DNA from: an uncultured Verrucomicrobiota bacterium
GTDB taxonomy: Bacteria; Verrucomicrobiota; Kiritimatiellia; CAIKKV01; CAITUY01
Length of the DNA stretch: 58,817 bases
Direction of reading: 5' to 3'
Assembly (NCBI GenBank): GCA_964458765.1
Contig: CAYWKN010000001.1
Span: forward strand, 1 to 58,817
Made by a program: the position numbers and the translations under genes. The notes beneath the pieces were generated by a model that was given only the letters and a program-made list of their open reading frames with translations, was not told the origin of the DNA and did no database searches. Positions 51,156 through 58,817 of this stretch are shown piece after piece. Positions within the stretch are counted from its first letter, which is position 1; every line of letters starts with the position of its first letter.

Positions 51156-52459
51156 GGCTTCTTTTCCGTTGCGAGACGCCGTTCCACATCCACCAGTTTC
51201 CTGTAGGCATTGCGGTGCCGCTCGTCCGACCGGTCCTGGATCATTTCGCACACCTGCCGCAGTTGCACTGCGGCTTCCCGCCAGTCGCGCAACTTGACGC
51301 TTCGCTCGGCCATGAACCAGATGTTGTCGTAGCGTCGCTGCAGTTCGCGTTCACTATCCGCCCGGCCCGTCAGGATCTCGGCGTAGAAATCCGGCTTCGG
51401 TTCGATGGTCTCCAGGCACCATTCCGCCTCCGTGAAGGACCGGATGGCGCGTGCGAGATTTCCGGGATCCACCTCCCGCTCCTCATACAGCTTCCGGCCC
51501 AAGAGGAAAGATTCCCGGGCACGGTTCTGAAGTTCCCCCGGCTCTATCGCCAGAGCCGCCAGGCCGAGCTCATTCTTGCTGAATTCCTCAAGCTGGCTGC
51601 GAAACCGTGCCACCCCTTCCGGCTCGACTTGGTTGAGCACACGAACACGATGCGTCCGGCTGCCGATGGTTACACTGACATCAGTGGATTCGTGGATTCC
51701 CGGAGCCACTCCCTCGTACTCGGAGAGCAGGTCAAAGAACCCCGCCTGCTCGCATACCCGACCGAGTTCCTCCAGAAGTTCCGGCGCCACCTTCTTTTCC
51801 CGTCGTACGTGCCTGTCGCTGGCAAGATCATCCACCTGTACCACCAAACGGTTCTGCGTGATGGACATGTAGAACCGGAAGATATTGGAGACGCTGCCCT
51901 GGACCCGTTCAAAAACGACATCGAATTCGGGAAGCTGCCCCGCGATGGCCTGCTTCGGGGATTCCGACGCCGAACGGCGCAGCGCCCCCGTGACCCACTG
52001 GCGCCAAGGAAGCCAGGCCAGGAGGGAAATCAGGACCATGACGGCCAATGCGCCATAGAGCCAGCGGCGCAGTGGCTTCGCGTTCGCCATCCCCCCACCC
52101 TTGCCGAAGCCGAGATTGATTCCGGACTCTCCAGGAGCACCCGGCGGCGCTTCCTCCCGCCGGTCATGGGTCACCCGCATGGTCGTTTCCCCGAGGCTGC
52201 ACCTGTCACCGACGGCTAGCTTTCGCTCCTCAACCTCGGCATCATTCACCACCGTCCCGTTGGCGCTTCCCAGGTCCGAAATCCACAACTGCCCACCATC
52301 GTCGAAATACAGGCGGCAATGGAAACGCGACAGGGCCGGATCTTCCATCGAAATGTCGTTGCGGGAGGATCTGCCGATCCGGATGCCCGCCGCGGGAACA
52401 AGGATTTCGCGCCCCTTTTCCGGACCGCTTTCCACTATCAGATGCACATGCCTGGCCAT
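51152..52459 (-). CDS. FHA-domain protein with a central TM helix and a large C-terminal helical domain
   Basis: The track ORF is 51152..52489. The start is taken at MARHVHLIV. FHA signature (IRIGRSSRNDISMEDPALSRFHCRLYFDDGGQLWISDLGSANGTVVND), a TM helix (WLYGALAVMVLISLLAWLPW), then about 270 aa that are unassigned or TPR-like. Confidence 0.75.
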   Translation of the reverse strand: MARHVHLIVESGPEKGREILVPAAGIRIGRSSRNDISMEDPALSRFHCRLYFDDGGQLWISDLGSANGTVVNDAEVEERKLAVGDRCSLGETTMRVTHDRREEAPPGAPGESGINLGFGKGGGMANAKPLRRWLYGALAVMVLISLLAWLPWRQWVTGALRRSASESPKQAIAGQLPEFDVVFERVQGSVSNIFRFYMSITQNRLVVQVDDLASDRHVRREKKVAPELLEELGRVCEQAGFFDLLSEYEGVAPGIHESTDVSVTIGSRTHRVRVLNQVEPEGVARFRSQLEEFSKNELGLAALAIEPGELQNRARESFLLGRKLYEEREVDPGNLARAIRSFTEAEWCLETIEPKPDFYAEILTGRADSERELQRRYDNIWFMAERSVKLRDWREAAVQLRQVCEMIQDRSDERHRNAYRKLVDVERRLATEKKP

Positions 52460-52542
52460 AGTCACACCGCCGCTGAAGTTGCCCAACAATAAGGCCCGCA
52501 GCTGAAGCTGTCAACAAGCCCGCACGCCCCCGCCCGGTTGCC

Positions 52543-53472
52543 TCAGAACTGCCTCAACACCTGTAGGATGATCGGACCCAACAACACCAGGAATACCGCC
52601 GGGAAAATGAACGCCACCAGGGGGAAAAGCATCTTGACCGGCGCCTCGTTGGCCAGTTTCTCGGCCCGCTCAAACCGCCGCTGACGCATCTGATCCGCCT
52701 GGATCCGCAGGATCGCCGCAATGCCGACGCCCAGCTCATCCGCCTGCACCAAGGCGTTCACAACGGAATGCACATCCCGGTGATCCACCCGCTCGGCCAT
52801 GTCGCGCAGGGCATCCCGGCGCGTCTTGCCAAGCTGGATCTCCCGCAGGACCCTGATGAATTCCTCGCCCAGGGCATCCATGCGACGGCGCTCGACGATG
52901 CGCTGTATGGCATTCATGAAATCCAGCCCGGCCTCTACCGAAAGGGTCAGCAGATCCATCACAAACGGCAGTGCCCGCTGGATTTGCCGCTGACGAGCCT
53001 TGAGAACTCCGTTCAACCACACGACCGGATAGACACAGTACCCGCCAAGGATGGCCACGACAAACAGGGTCTGGTGTTCCCGCAATGCGAGCCCGGCACG
53101 GCCGGGCACCATGGCAAACACAGCCCACACAAGGGTAACGGCCAGGGAACCCAGCAGGACAGGAAGCAGGACCCGCAGCGCCAGGAATTCCTCGGCCGTG
53201 AGAGCGCCCGCAAAACCTGCCGCCACAATCCGGCGGTTTACCCGGTCGCAAGCCGCGCGGAACCGGGGCTTCTCAAAGATCGGCGTCAGGTTCGGCGCCA
53301 GCGGCAGCAGCAGGCGGAACACGAACGGAACCGACCGCTCCTCCCTGCACCCGTCGGCGAGGGTCACATACGTGACCGACCGCAGCACCTGGGCACACTG
53401 CCAGGCGGCCAGTGCGGCAAAGCAGCCCCAGACTGCGCTCAACCCCCAAAGTGCCATTGCATCGCCATTCAT
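52543..53472 (-). CDS. tadC: Tad/Flp pilus platform protein TadC (T2SS F family)
   Basis: 309 aa. The T2SSF domain is recognisable (LPFVMDLLTLSVEAGLDFMNAIQRIV...LGKTRRDALRDMAERV...ELGVGIAAILRIQADQMR). Confidence 0.85.
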   Translation of the reverse strand: MNGDAMALWGLSAVWGCFAALAAWQCAQVLRSVTYVTLADGCREERSVPFVFRLLLPLAPNLTPIFEKPRFRAACDRVNRRIVAAGFAGALTAEEFLALRVLLPVLLGSLAVTLVWAVFAMVPGRAGLALREHQTLFVVAILGGYCVYPVVWLNGVLKARQRQIQRALPFVMDLLTLSVEAGLDFMNAIQRIVERRRMDALGEEFIRVLREIQLGKTRRDALRDMAERVDHRDVHSVVNALVQADELGVGIAAILRIQADQMRQRRFERAEKLANEAPVKMLFPLVAFIFPAVFLVLLGPIILQVLRQF

Positions 53473-53477
53473 GATGC

Positions 53478-54365
53478 CTACACGTCAATACGGATGATTT
53501 TCGCGATCACCAGTCCGCCAAGGACTTCCAGGGCAACTACAACCCCGAGAAGCAAAAGCCCGAAACCCGAATGCAGGAACGCCACCATCATCACGGGATC
53601 GAGCACATACATGGCGAATCCCAGCAACAGCGGCATGAGCCCCACCACGATCCCCTGCAGCCTGCCCTGGGCCGTCAGTGTCCAGATCCGCTGCTCGATC
53701 CGCATCCGCTCCCGGATCGTGTGCGCGATCTTCTCGAAAACCTCCGTCAGATTGCCGCCGGTCTGCCGGGCGGTTTCGATCGCCCCGACCATCAGCGCCA
53801 GATCTTCGCTGCCCACACGTTCCTGCATGCTCTGCAACGCCTCATCCATCCGCATGCCCACCCGCGTCTGGTGCAGGAAAGTCCCGAATTCCTGCGAGAT
53901 GGGGTTCTGGCGCTCGCGGACCACAAGTTCAAACGCCTGCTGTATGCTGAAACCGGCCTTCAGCGCATTACTCATGCCGACCAGGCTGTCCACCAGTTGC
54001 AGATTGAACCGACGCAACCGCCTGTGCCGGAGCACCCGAAGCGCTGTCCGGGGAATGTTCCAGCCGCCGGCCCCCGCAGCCAGTCCCACTAGCATGCCTG
54101 CCGCGAACGAACGCCCCTCGAATCCGCCGGTCAGAAGAAATCCCAGCAGAAAACACACGCACGCCGAAGTCATTGCCAGCTCCAGTACGCGACGCGGCGG
54201 AATGAACAGGAAGAGATCCTCCATCTGTCTGGCCGTGAACTCGGAGTACGATACCGCGTACTCCGCCGCCGCGGCCTGCAGCGACCGCAGGATCGAATAG
54301 GCCAGTCCGCCTATGCTGAGCATGTACAGCAACGGCAGGGTCCACATGGCGGCCGCTTCCGTCAT
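53478..54365 (-). CDS. tadB: Tad/Flp pilus platform protein TadB (T2SS F family)
   Basis: 295 aa. The T2SSF domain is recognisable (LVDSLVGMSNALKAGFSIQQAFELVV...ALQSMQERVGSEDLALMVGAIETARQTGGNL). The start overlaps the cpaF stop (ATGA). Confidence 0.85.
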   Translation of the reverse strand: MTEAAAMWTLPLLYMLSIGGLAYSILRSLQAAAAEYAVSYSEFTARQMEDLFLFIPPRRVLELAMTSACVCFLLGFLLTGGFEGRSFAAGMLVGLAAGAGGWNIPRTALRVLRHRRLRRFNLQLVDSLVGMSNALKAGFSIQQAFELVVRERQNPISQEFGTFLHQTRVGMRMDEALQSMQERVGSEDLALMVGAIETARQTGGNLTEVFEKIAHTIRERMRIEQRIWTLTAQGRLQGIVVGLMPLLLGFAMYVLDPVMMVAFLHSGFGLLLLGVVVALEVLGGLVIAKIIRIDV

Positions 54366-56053
54366 GCACCACCCCGCTTCTGTTCAAACAGGCTGAAATC
54401 CACAGCCATGCCCCGCGCCTTCAACTCCTCCAGGAACGTGGGCACTGCGCCAGTGGCCTGGAACTGTCCCGCTACCCTGCCCTGGCCGTCCACGCCTTTC
54501 TGAACAAACAGGAAAATGTCCTGCATCGTGGTCCGGTCCCCTTCCAGCCCCACCACTTCCGAAACGTGCGTCACCTTGCGCGATCCGTCGCTGAATCGTG
54601 ACTCGTGGATGATAATGTCCACCGCCGCGGCTATCTGTTCACGGATCGCCCGAACCGGAAGGTCCATGCCCGACATCAGCACCAGTGTCTCCAAGCGCGA
54701 CATCACGTCCCGCGGCGAATTGGCATGGACAGTGGTCAGGGACCCGTCATGCCCCGTATTCATCGCCTGGAGCATGTCCAGCGCCTCGCCCCCGCGGCAC
54801 TCCCCCACCACAATCCGATCCGGACGCATGCGCAGCGAGTTGCGCACCAGATCCCGGATCGTCACCGCTCCCTTACCCTCAATATTCGGCGCCCGCGATT
54901 CCAGCGATACCACGTGTGCCTGTTTCAATTGAAGTTCCGCTGCATCCTCGATGGTGATGATCCGTTCGTTTTCGGGCAGGAAACTGCTCAATACGTTCAG
55001 CAGCGTTGTCTTGCCCGAGCCGGTTCCGCCGGACACGATGATGTTCCGCCGCGATACCACGCAGGCCCTCACAAAGTCTCGCATGGCGGCCGACCAGGTG
55101 CCCAGCCGGATCAACTCTTCCTCCGTCAACGGCTGCTTGGCGAACTTCCGGATGGTCAGGCAGGGGCCGCTCAACGACAGGGGGTGCATGATGGCGTTGA
55201 CCCGCGAACCGTCCTTGAGGCGCGCATCCACGTATGGCTGGCTTTCGTCAATACGCCGCCCCAACGGCGACACGATCCTCTCGATCACGGCCATCACCGA
55301 CTTGTCGTCGAGAAAAGTTCGGTCTGTCAACTCGATCTTGCCGTTCCGTTCCACGTAGACCCGCGACGGACCGTTGACCATGACTTCGGTAACGGAGGCA
55401 TCCGCCAGCAGATCCTCCAGCGGGCCAAGCCCGACGGCCTCGTCATACAATTCCTTGACCAGGCTTTGCGGCACGATGTCCGGCGGCAGCTTCGGGGCCA
55501 CTTCCCGGACGATCCCTTCCAAGGTGGAAAGAACGCGCCGATGCAGTTCGGCGTCTTCCACGTGTGAGGCCGTCAGCCTCTTGATGTCCAGCCTCTCGAT
55601 CAGCTCCTGATGAATCTGCCGTTTCACGGTCTGCCGCCGGGTGAGCAGGCGGTCGTCCCGTGCGGTTGGCTCCGGAGCGGTCGCGCCGCCCACTGGTTCC
55701 TGCACATTGGGTGTTGCGACCGCGGGCGGCAAAACGACATCGGGTTCAGACTTCGGCTCCGGCTTACGCCGGTGCACACGAAGCAGGACAGAGCCCATCC
55801 GGATGTCCTGGCCGTCCAGGACTTCCGCCCGGCCCCGGACGGTGTGTCCGCTCACAGTCGTCTTCCCCATGCTCAAGTCCTCGACCCAGCATCCGCCCGG
55901 CCGGAGGCACACGATCGCATGTCGGCGGGCCACGTCGCCGCCCGTCACGACAACCTGGTTCTCGCGGTCGGAGCCCACGGAGTAGATGCCGGTCTCAAGT
56001 TCCCGCCATTGTTCCTGGGCATCCGTCTGCCTGATTTCGAGAAACATGTTCAT
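54362..56053 (-). CDS. cpaF: CpaF/TadA secretion ATPase with an N-terminal FHA domain
   Basis: 563 aa. Residues ~1-95 are FHA-like (YSVGSDRENQVVVTGGDVARRHAIV...WVEDLSMGKTTVSGHTV), followed by a Pro-rich linker and a typical CpaF core (Walker A GGTGSGKTTLLN, ERIITIEDAAEL, GHDGSLTTVHANS). Confidence 0.88.
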   Translation of the reverse strand: MNMFLEIRQTDAQEQWRELETGIYSVGSDRENQVVVTGGDVARRHAIVCLRPGGCWVEDLSMGKTTVSGHTVRGRAEVLDGQDIRMGSVLLRVHRRKPEPKSEPDVVLPPAVATPNVQEPVGGATAPEPTARDDRLLTRRQTVKRQIHQELIERLDIKRLTASHVEDAELHRRVLSTLEGIVREVAPKLPPDIVPQSLVKELYDEAVGLGPLEDLLADASVTEVMVNGPSRVYVERNGKIELTDRTFLDDKSVMAVIERIVSPLGRRIDESQPYVDARLKDGSRVNAIMHPLSLSGPCLTIRKFAKQPLTEEELIRLGTWSAAMRDFVRACVVSRRNIIVSGGTGSGKTTLLNVLSSFLPENERIITIEDAAELQLKQAHVVSLESRAPNIEGKGAVTIRDLVRNSLRMRPDRIVVGECRGGEALDMLQAMNTGHDGSLTTVHANSPRDVMSRLETLVLMSGMDLPVRAIREQIAAAVDIIIHESRFSDGSRKVTHVSEVVGLEGDRTTMQDIFLFVQKGVDGQGRVAGQFQATGAVPTFLEELKARGMAVDFSLFEQKRGGA

Positions 56054-56086
56054 GCCGCCGTTCCCTCGCCGGGAAGCCTAATCCAA

Positions 56087-56905
56087 TCAATTGCCGCCTT
56101 TTCGCCGGATCTTCGCCTGGCGGTGGTCATTCAGGGTCTGGAGTTCCCCTTCCAACTTGTCAAAATTGATTTCGGGAAGCTCGCGCTCGTAACTCACGTC
56201 GCCCGGATTGCGCAGCGCCAGGGTCAGATGACCGCGCATGTTCTCCGCGAAGGCCAGAAGTTCCGCCTCGCGTGGCGTCACTTCCAGCGTCACCGTGCTA
56301 TAGCCGGTGCTGCGCCCCCGCTCCTGGCCATCGCCCTGCCCCGCCAAGGTCTGGCCCGTCGCCAGAACCGTCACGTCCTGCAGCACCGTGAGTGTAACCC
56401 ACTCCATCTGCTGCGGGTTCTTGCGAGACGGGAATGTGAAGGATCCCAACACATCGACACGGTCATTGGGCCGTAGAAGTCCGCTGACGCCCGCCGCTCC
56501 GCCAATGGTGATGGAGAGCGCCCGCATGCTCTGGGCCACCATGGGCCCGAGCCCCGATCCCGGCCGGTACGGAACATCCATGTAAGACCACAGCAATGTC
56601 TCGCCCATGTCCATGCTGTACTTGAGCTTCTTGCCCAGGATTTGCTCGACATCCTCCGGCAACACCGTGTTCTTGCCGACATCCCGCGCCAGCGAAGGCT
56701 TCATTTTCAGGTCCTTTTTCTGCAGGACCGTTCCCGCAGGAAGTTCACGACCCGCGGCTATGACGTCGACGCGGCGTTCTGCCGAGATCAACCGCTCCCG
56801 CTCCCTGGCAAACTCCCGCGCCCGCGCCTGGAAGTACTCGCGCGTCAGCCAGAATGCCAGCAAGCCGACCACAACCGACAGAATCAATATCATGCGCTGT
56901 TTCAT
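56087..56905 (-). CDS. cpaB: Flp pilus assembly protein CpaB (SAF domain)
   Basis: 272 aa. An N-terminal TM helix, a SAF-like region (VDVIAAGRELPAGTVLQKKDL), and an RcpC/CpaB C-terminal beta domain. Confidence 0.85.
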   Translation of the reverse strand: MKQRMILILSVVVGLLAFWLTREYFQARAREFARERERLISAERRVDVIAAGRELPAGTVLQKKDLKMKPSLARDVGKNTVLPEDVEQILGKKLKYSMDMGETLLWSYMDVPYRPGSGLGPMVAQSMRALSITIGGAAGVSGLLRPNDRVDVLGSFTFPSRKNPQQMEWVTLTVLQDVTVLATGQTLAGQGDGQERGRSTGYSTVTLEVTPREAELLAFAENMRGHLTLALRNPGDVSYERELPEINFDKLEGELQTLNDHRQAKIRRKGGN

Positions 56906-56906
56906 A

Positions 56907-57647
56907 TCACCTGTCTCCCGTACTGCTGTTCATCCCGCCCCGCTTATGTAGCAAGGTTATTCTTGTTTCGCCACCGGATTCCGCACGGCGGCAGAGAATC
57001 CAGCACAGGTCGGCCCCCCTGCTGAAGCCCGCCAGTCCTGCCCCGGCTGTCCCGCGCGGCAGTGGTGCTACCGGCCTCCAGCCGTCGCGCGCCAGTGCCG
57101 CCCGATAGAACGCCAGCGCGGCGGCCGGGGAATCCGTCGTCCCCGAGATCTGCATCGTCGTCCGGGTATCCTCATTCCGCATTACCCTTCGGATTGTCGC
57201 CTCCCGATACACAGGCAGCCCTTCGGCGAGACCGCCTTCATCCCTGTCGGGTTTCCCTGCCGTCGCGCGGGTCGAGATGGCCACTGCCACTCCCTCTTTC
57301 CCCGCCGGAAGTTTCAACATGCGCAGAGTGTGGCCACCCTCCCGGAGATCCGCGAAGCCAATGGACGATCCGCTGGCATACCGGAGCGAACGGCCGCCGG
57401 CAAACGCTCGGATCCGCGACCCCCACTCCTCGGGACTTCCCGGGGCATTCAGAACGCTCACGTGCGCCGGCCGTCCATCAACCCGAACTTCGGCCTCGTA
57501 GAGAACCCGGCCCAGCGCCGATACGTCAAACGGCTTATTCCCGGAACCAGAGCCAGCCTGGCGAAACACACGTGCCGCCGACGGCAGCGCCGCAAGGCCG
57601 ACCGCCATCAGAACACATGCCGCCATCCCTGTGCCACGACGGATCAT
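56907..57647 (-). CDS. Secreted hypothetical protein embedded in the Tad locus
   Basis: The track ORF is 56907..57680. The start is taken at MIRRGTGMAACVLMAVGLAALPSAA (signal peptide), 2 nt after the upstream stop. I recognise no family. Confidence 0.5.
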   Translation of the reverse strand: MIRRGTGMAACVLMAVGLAALPSAARVFRQAGSGSGNKPFDVSALGRVLYEAEVRVDGRPAHVSVLNAPGSPEEWGSRIRAFAGGRSLRYASGSSIGFADLREGGHTLRMLKLPAGKEGVAVAISTRATAGKPDRDEGGLAEGLPVYREATIRRVMRNEDTRTTMQISGTTDSPAAALAFYRAALARDGWRPVAPLPRGTAGAGLAGFSRGADLCWILCRRAESGGETRITLLHKRGGMNSSTGDR

Positions 57648-57649
57648 CG

Positions 57650-58174
57650 TCAATAGATCCCCCGCGTCCAGATGAGCCACGTTTCACCCCGCACCTCCAC
57701 TTCGTCCGCTGCATACAGCAGATGGCGCACAATCGGCCACAGCGGCACAGAGTCCTCCTGACGCCCCTCCACCAGGCCGAACATCAGGTGCGGATAGGGC
57801 GATCCTGCCATGGCCGAAACCGGATTGTCCGGACGCTGCCGGCCCAAGTCATCGGGATCTGCATAAGCGGGGATCCCGGCCAGGAACGCATTGACATCGC
57901 CAGGCGTGTATTCATCATCCCGCGAGTACCGGGTGACATCGCCCCCCTCCGTACGGTCCGCCATGAAACGGGGCGAGGACAAGGGGGCGGCATCACCCAT
58001 GGCAAGGCGCGCCGCCTCACGCCGCGACTCGTTGACTACACGAGTGTGCCGGATCCCCAGGGTCCCGACCTGGAGGATGCCCGCGACGAGAACCATCAGG
58101 ACGACCAGCGCAATGACCAGTTCAGCCATAGCCTGTCCTTCCTGCCCGCCCCATCTTGATCGTTCACACTGCAT
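57650..58174 (-). CDS. TadE-like pseudopilin / pilus assembly protein
   Basis: 174 aa. The N-terminus GGQEGQAMAELVIALVVLMVLVAGILQ resembles the TadE/TadF-type prepilin-like hydrophobic segment. Confidence 0.6.
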   Translation of the reverse strand: MQCERSRWGGQEGQAMAELVIALVVLMVLVAGILQVGTLGIRHTRVVNESRREAARLAMGDAAPLSSPRFMADRTEGGDVTRYSRDDEYTPGDVNAFLAGIPAYADPDDLGRQRPDNPVSAMAGSPYPHLMFGLVEGRQEDSVPLWPIVRHLLYAADEVEVRGETWLIWTRGIY

Positions 58175-58182
58175 GCTTCACA

Positions 58183-58817
58183 CTAGTGTCCGCGTCGCGT
58201 CCCGCCTCCCGGACCACCGCCTCCACCACGGGTTTGACACCTGTCCGAGTATTCCCGCAGCCAGTCAATGCCGCGCTGCCGGAACAGCGGATCCTCCCAG
58301 GTCAGCAATTGCGCGCAATACCAGCACTCCGCCGCTCGATCCAGCGTCGGTCCTGTCCGCATGTATCCGGGCAGGTGTCCCTCAATGTGGTCGCGCCATG
58401 CCAGGTTGAAGGCGCCGCCAGCGGGAGCGGATGATGCATCAATGGGGATCAGCCGGATATCCCGGTACGCAGGCAGGACCAGCCCGGCCTCCGTCGGCTT
58501 GCCTTCCTCCCCCAGCCGACCGAAAGGCTTGGCCGCCGCTGACCACGTGATCAGGCTGGAGCGGGACCGCGGTGTCAGACGCCTCGCTTCGGCCTCCACA
58601 CGCGCCGCGGCGTCGGCCCCTGCGTAGTCATACGCCGGTTTTACAGTGCCCGTCACAGGGAACGGCCACTCCCCTGACGGCAAAATCGCAGACCATGGCC
58701 CCCACCATGCCTCCTCGTAGGCGTACCAGACCGAAGTAACGCTGGCGACACTGTTGCTGATCAGCAGCTCGCTCAAGTCGCGCTCCGCACGCAAGGTATT
58801 CATGAGGTCGACAACGT
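58183..58817 (-). CDS. Hypothetical protein of the Tad locus, probably partial (frame open to the right edge)
   Basis: The track ORF starts at M 58803, but the frame stays open to base 58817 (..VVDLMNTLRAERDL). The C-terminus is Gly-rich (TRGGGGGPGGGTRRGH). It could be the C-terminal part of a TadG-like protein; this is unverified. Confidence 0.45.
   Translation of the reverse strand, partial: VVDLMNTLRAERDLSELLISNSVASVTSVWYAYEEAWWGPWSAILPSGEWPFPVTGTVKPAYDYAGADAAARVEAEARRLTPRSRSSLITWSAAAKPFGRLGEEGKPTEAGLVLPAYRDIRLIPIDASSAPAGGAFNLAWRDHIEGHLPGYMRTGPTLDRAAECWYCAQLLTWEDPLFRQRGIDWLREYSDRCQTRGGGGGPGGGTRRGH

Overview
This is a high-GC (roughly 60-65%) chromosomal segment, densely coding on both strands. 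It looks like an anaerobic Gram-negative bacterium. The gene content (Rnf complex, NfnAB-like oxidoreductase, membrane H+/Na+-pyrophosphatase, rubrerythrin, scattered T2SS/T4P/Tad parts) would fit a PVC-group organism such as Kiritimatiellota or Verrucomicrobiota, but that taxon guess is low-confidence inference.

Most of the window is housekeeping: gdhA, pheST, gatCAB, trxB, queA, cinA, truA, rpe, lepA, lepB, argS, a phosphomannomutase, murJ, rnfABCDGE and RNase P RNA (rnpB, found by hand on the minus strand). I saw no transposase, integrase, CRISPR array, rRNA or tRNA.

Regions worth a second look, in my order of interest:
1. A minus-strand operon (about 37.1-41.9 kb) chains a VTC-type polyphosphate-polymerase-domain protein and a DUF4956 membrane protein to an HlyD adaptor and a TolC-like outer-membrane protein, with no classical inner-membrane pump. 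I propose a trans-envelope polyphosphate synthesis/export machine. This is a hypothesis, not an established function.
2. A Tad/Flp-like pilus locus (about 49.8-58.8 kb, running off the window) has an FHA-fused CpaF ATPase, a second FHA-TM protein, a multi-PEGA protein and unassigned secreted proteins.
3. A pilB-pilT-pilB ATPase trio sits directly behind gatCAB.
4. An archaeal-type NrpR nitrogen repressor lies between nfnAB and gdhA, with palindromes in the shared control region.
5. A 550-bp ORF-free gap between convergent genes contains a strong sigma70-like promoter and may encode an unassigned structured RNA.
6. The 3' end of rnpB overlaps the start codon of a GspC-like gene.

All start codons were chosen by eye from RBS, overlap and homology arguments. 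No searches were run.
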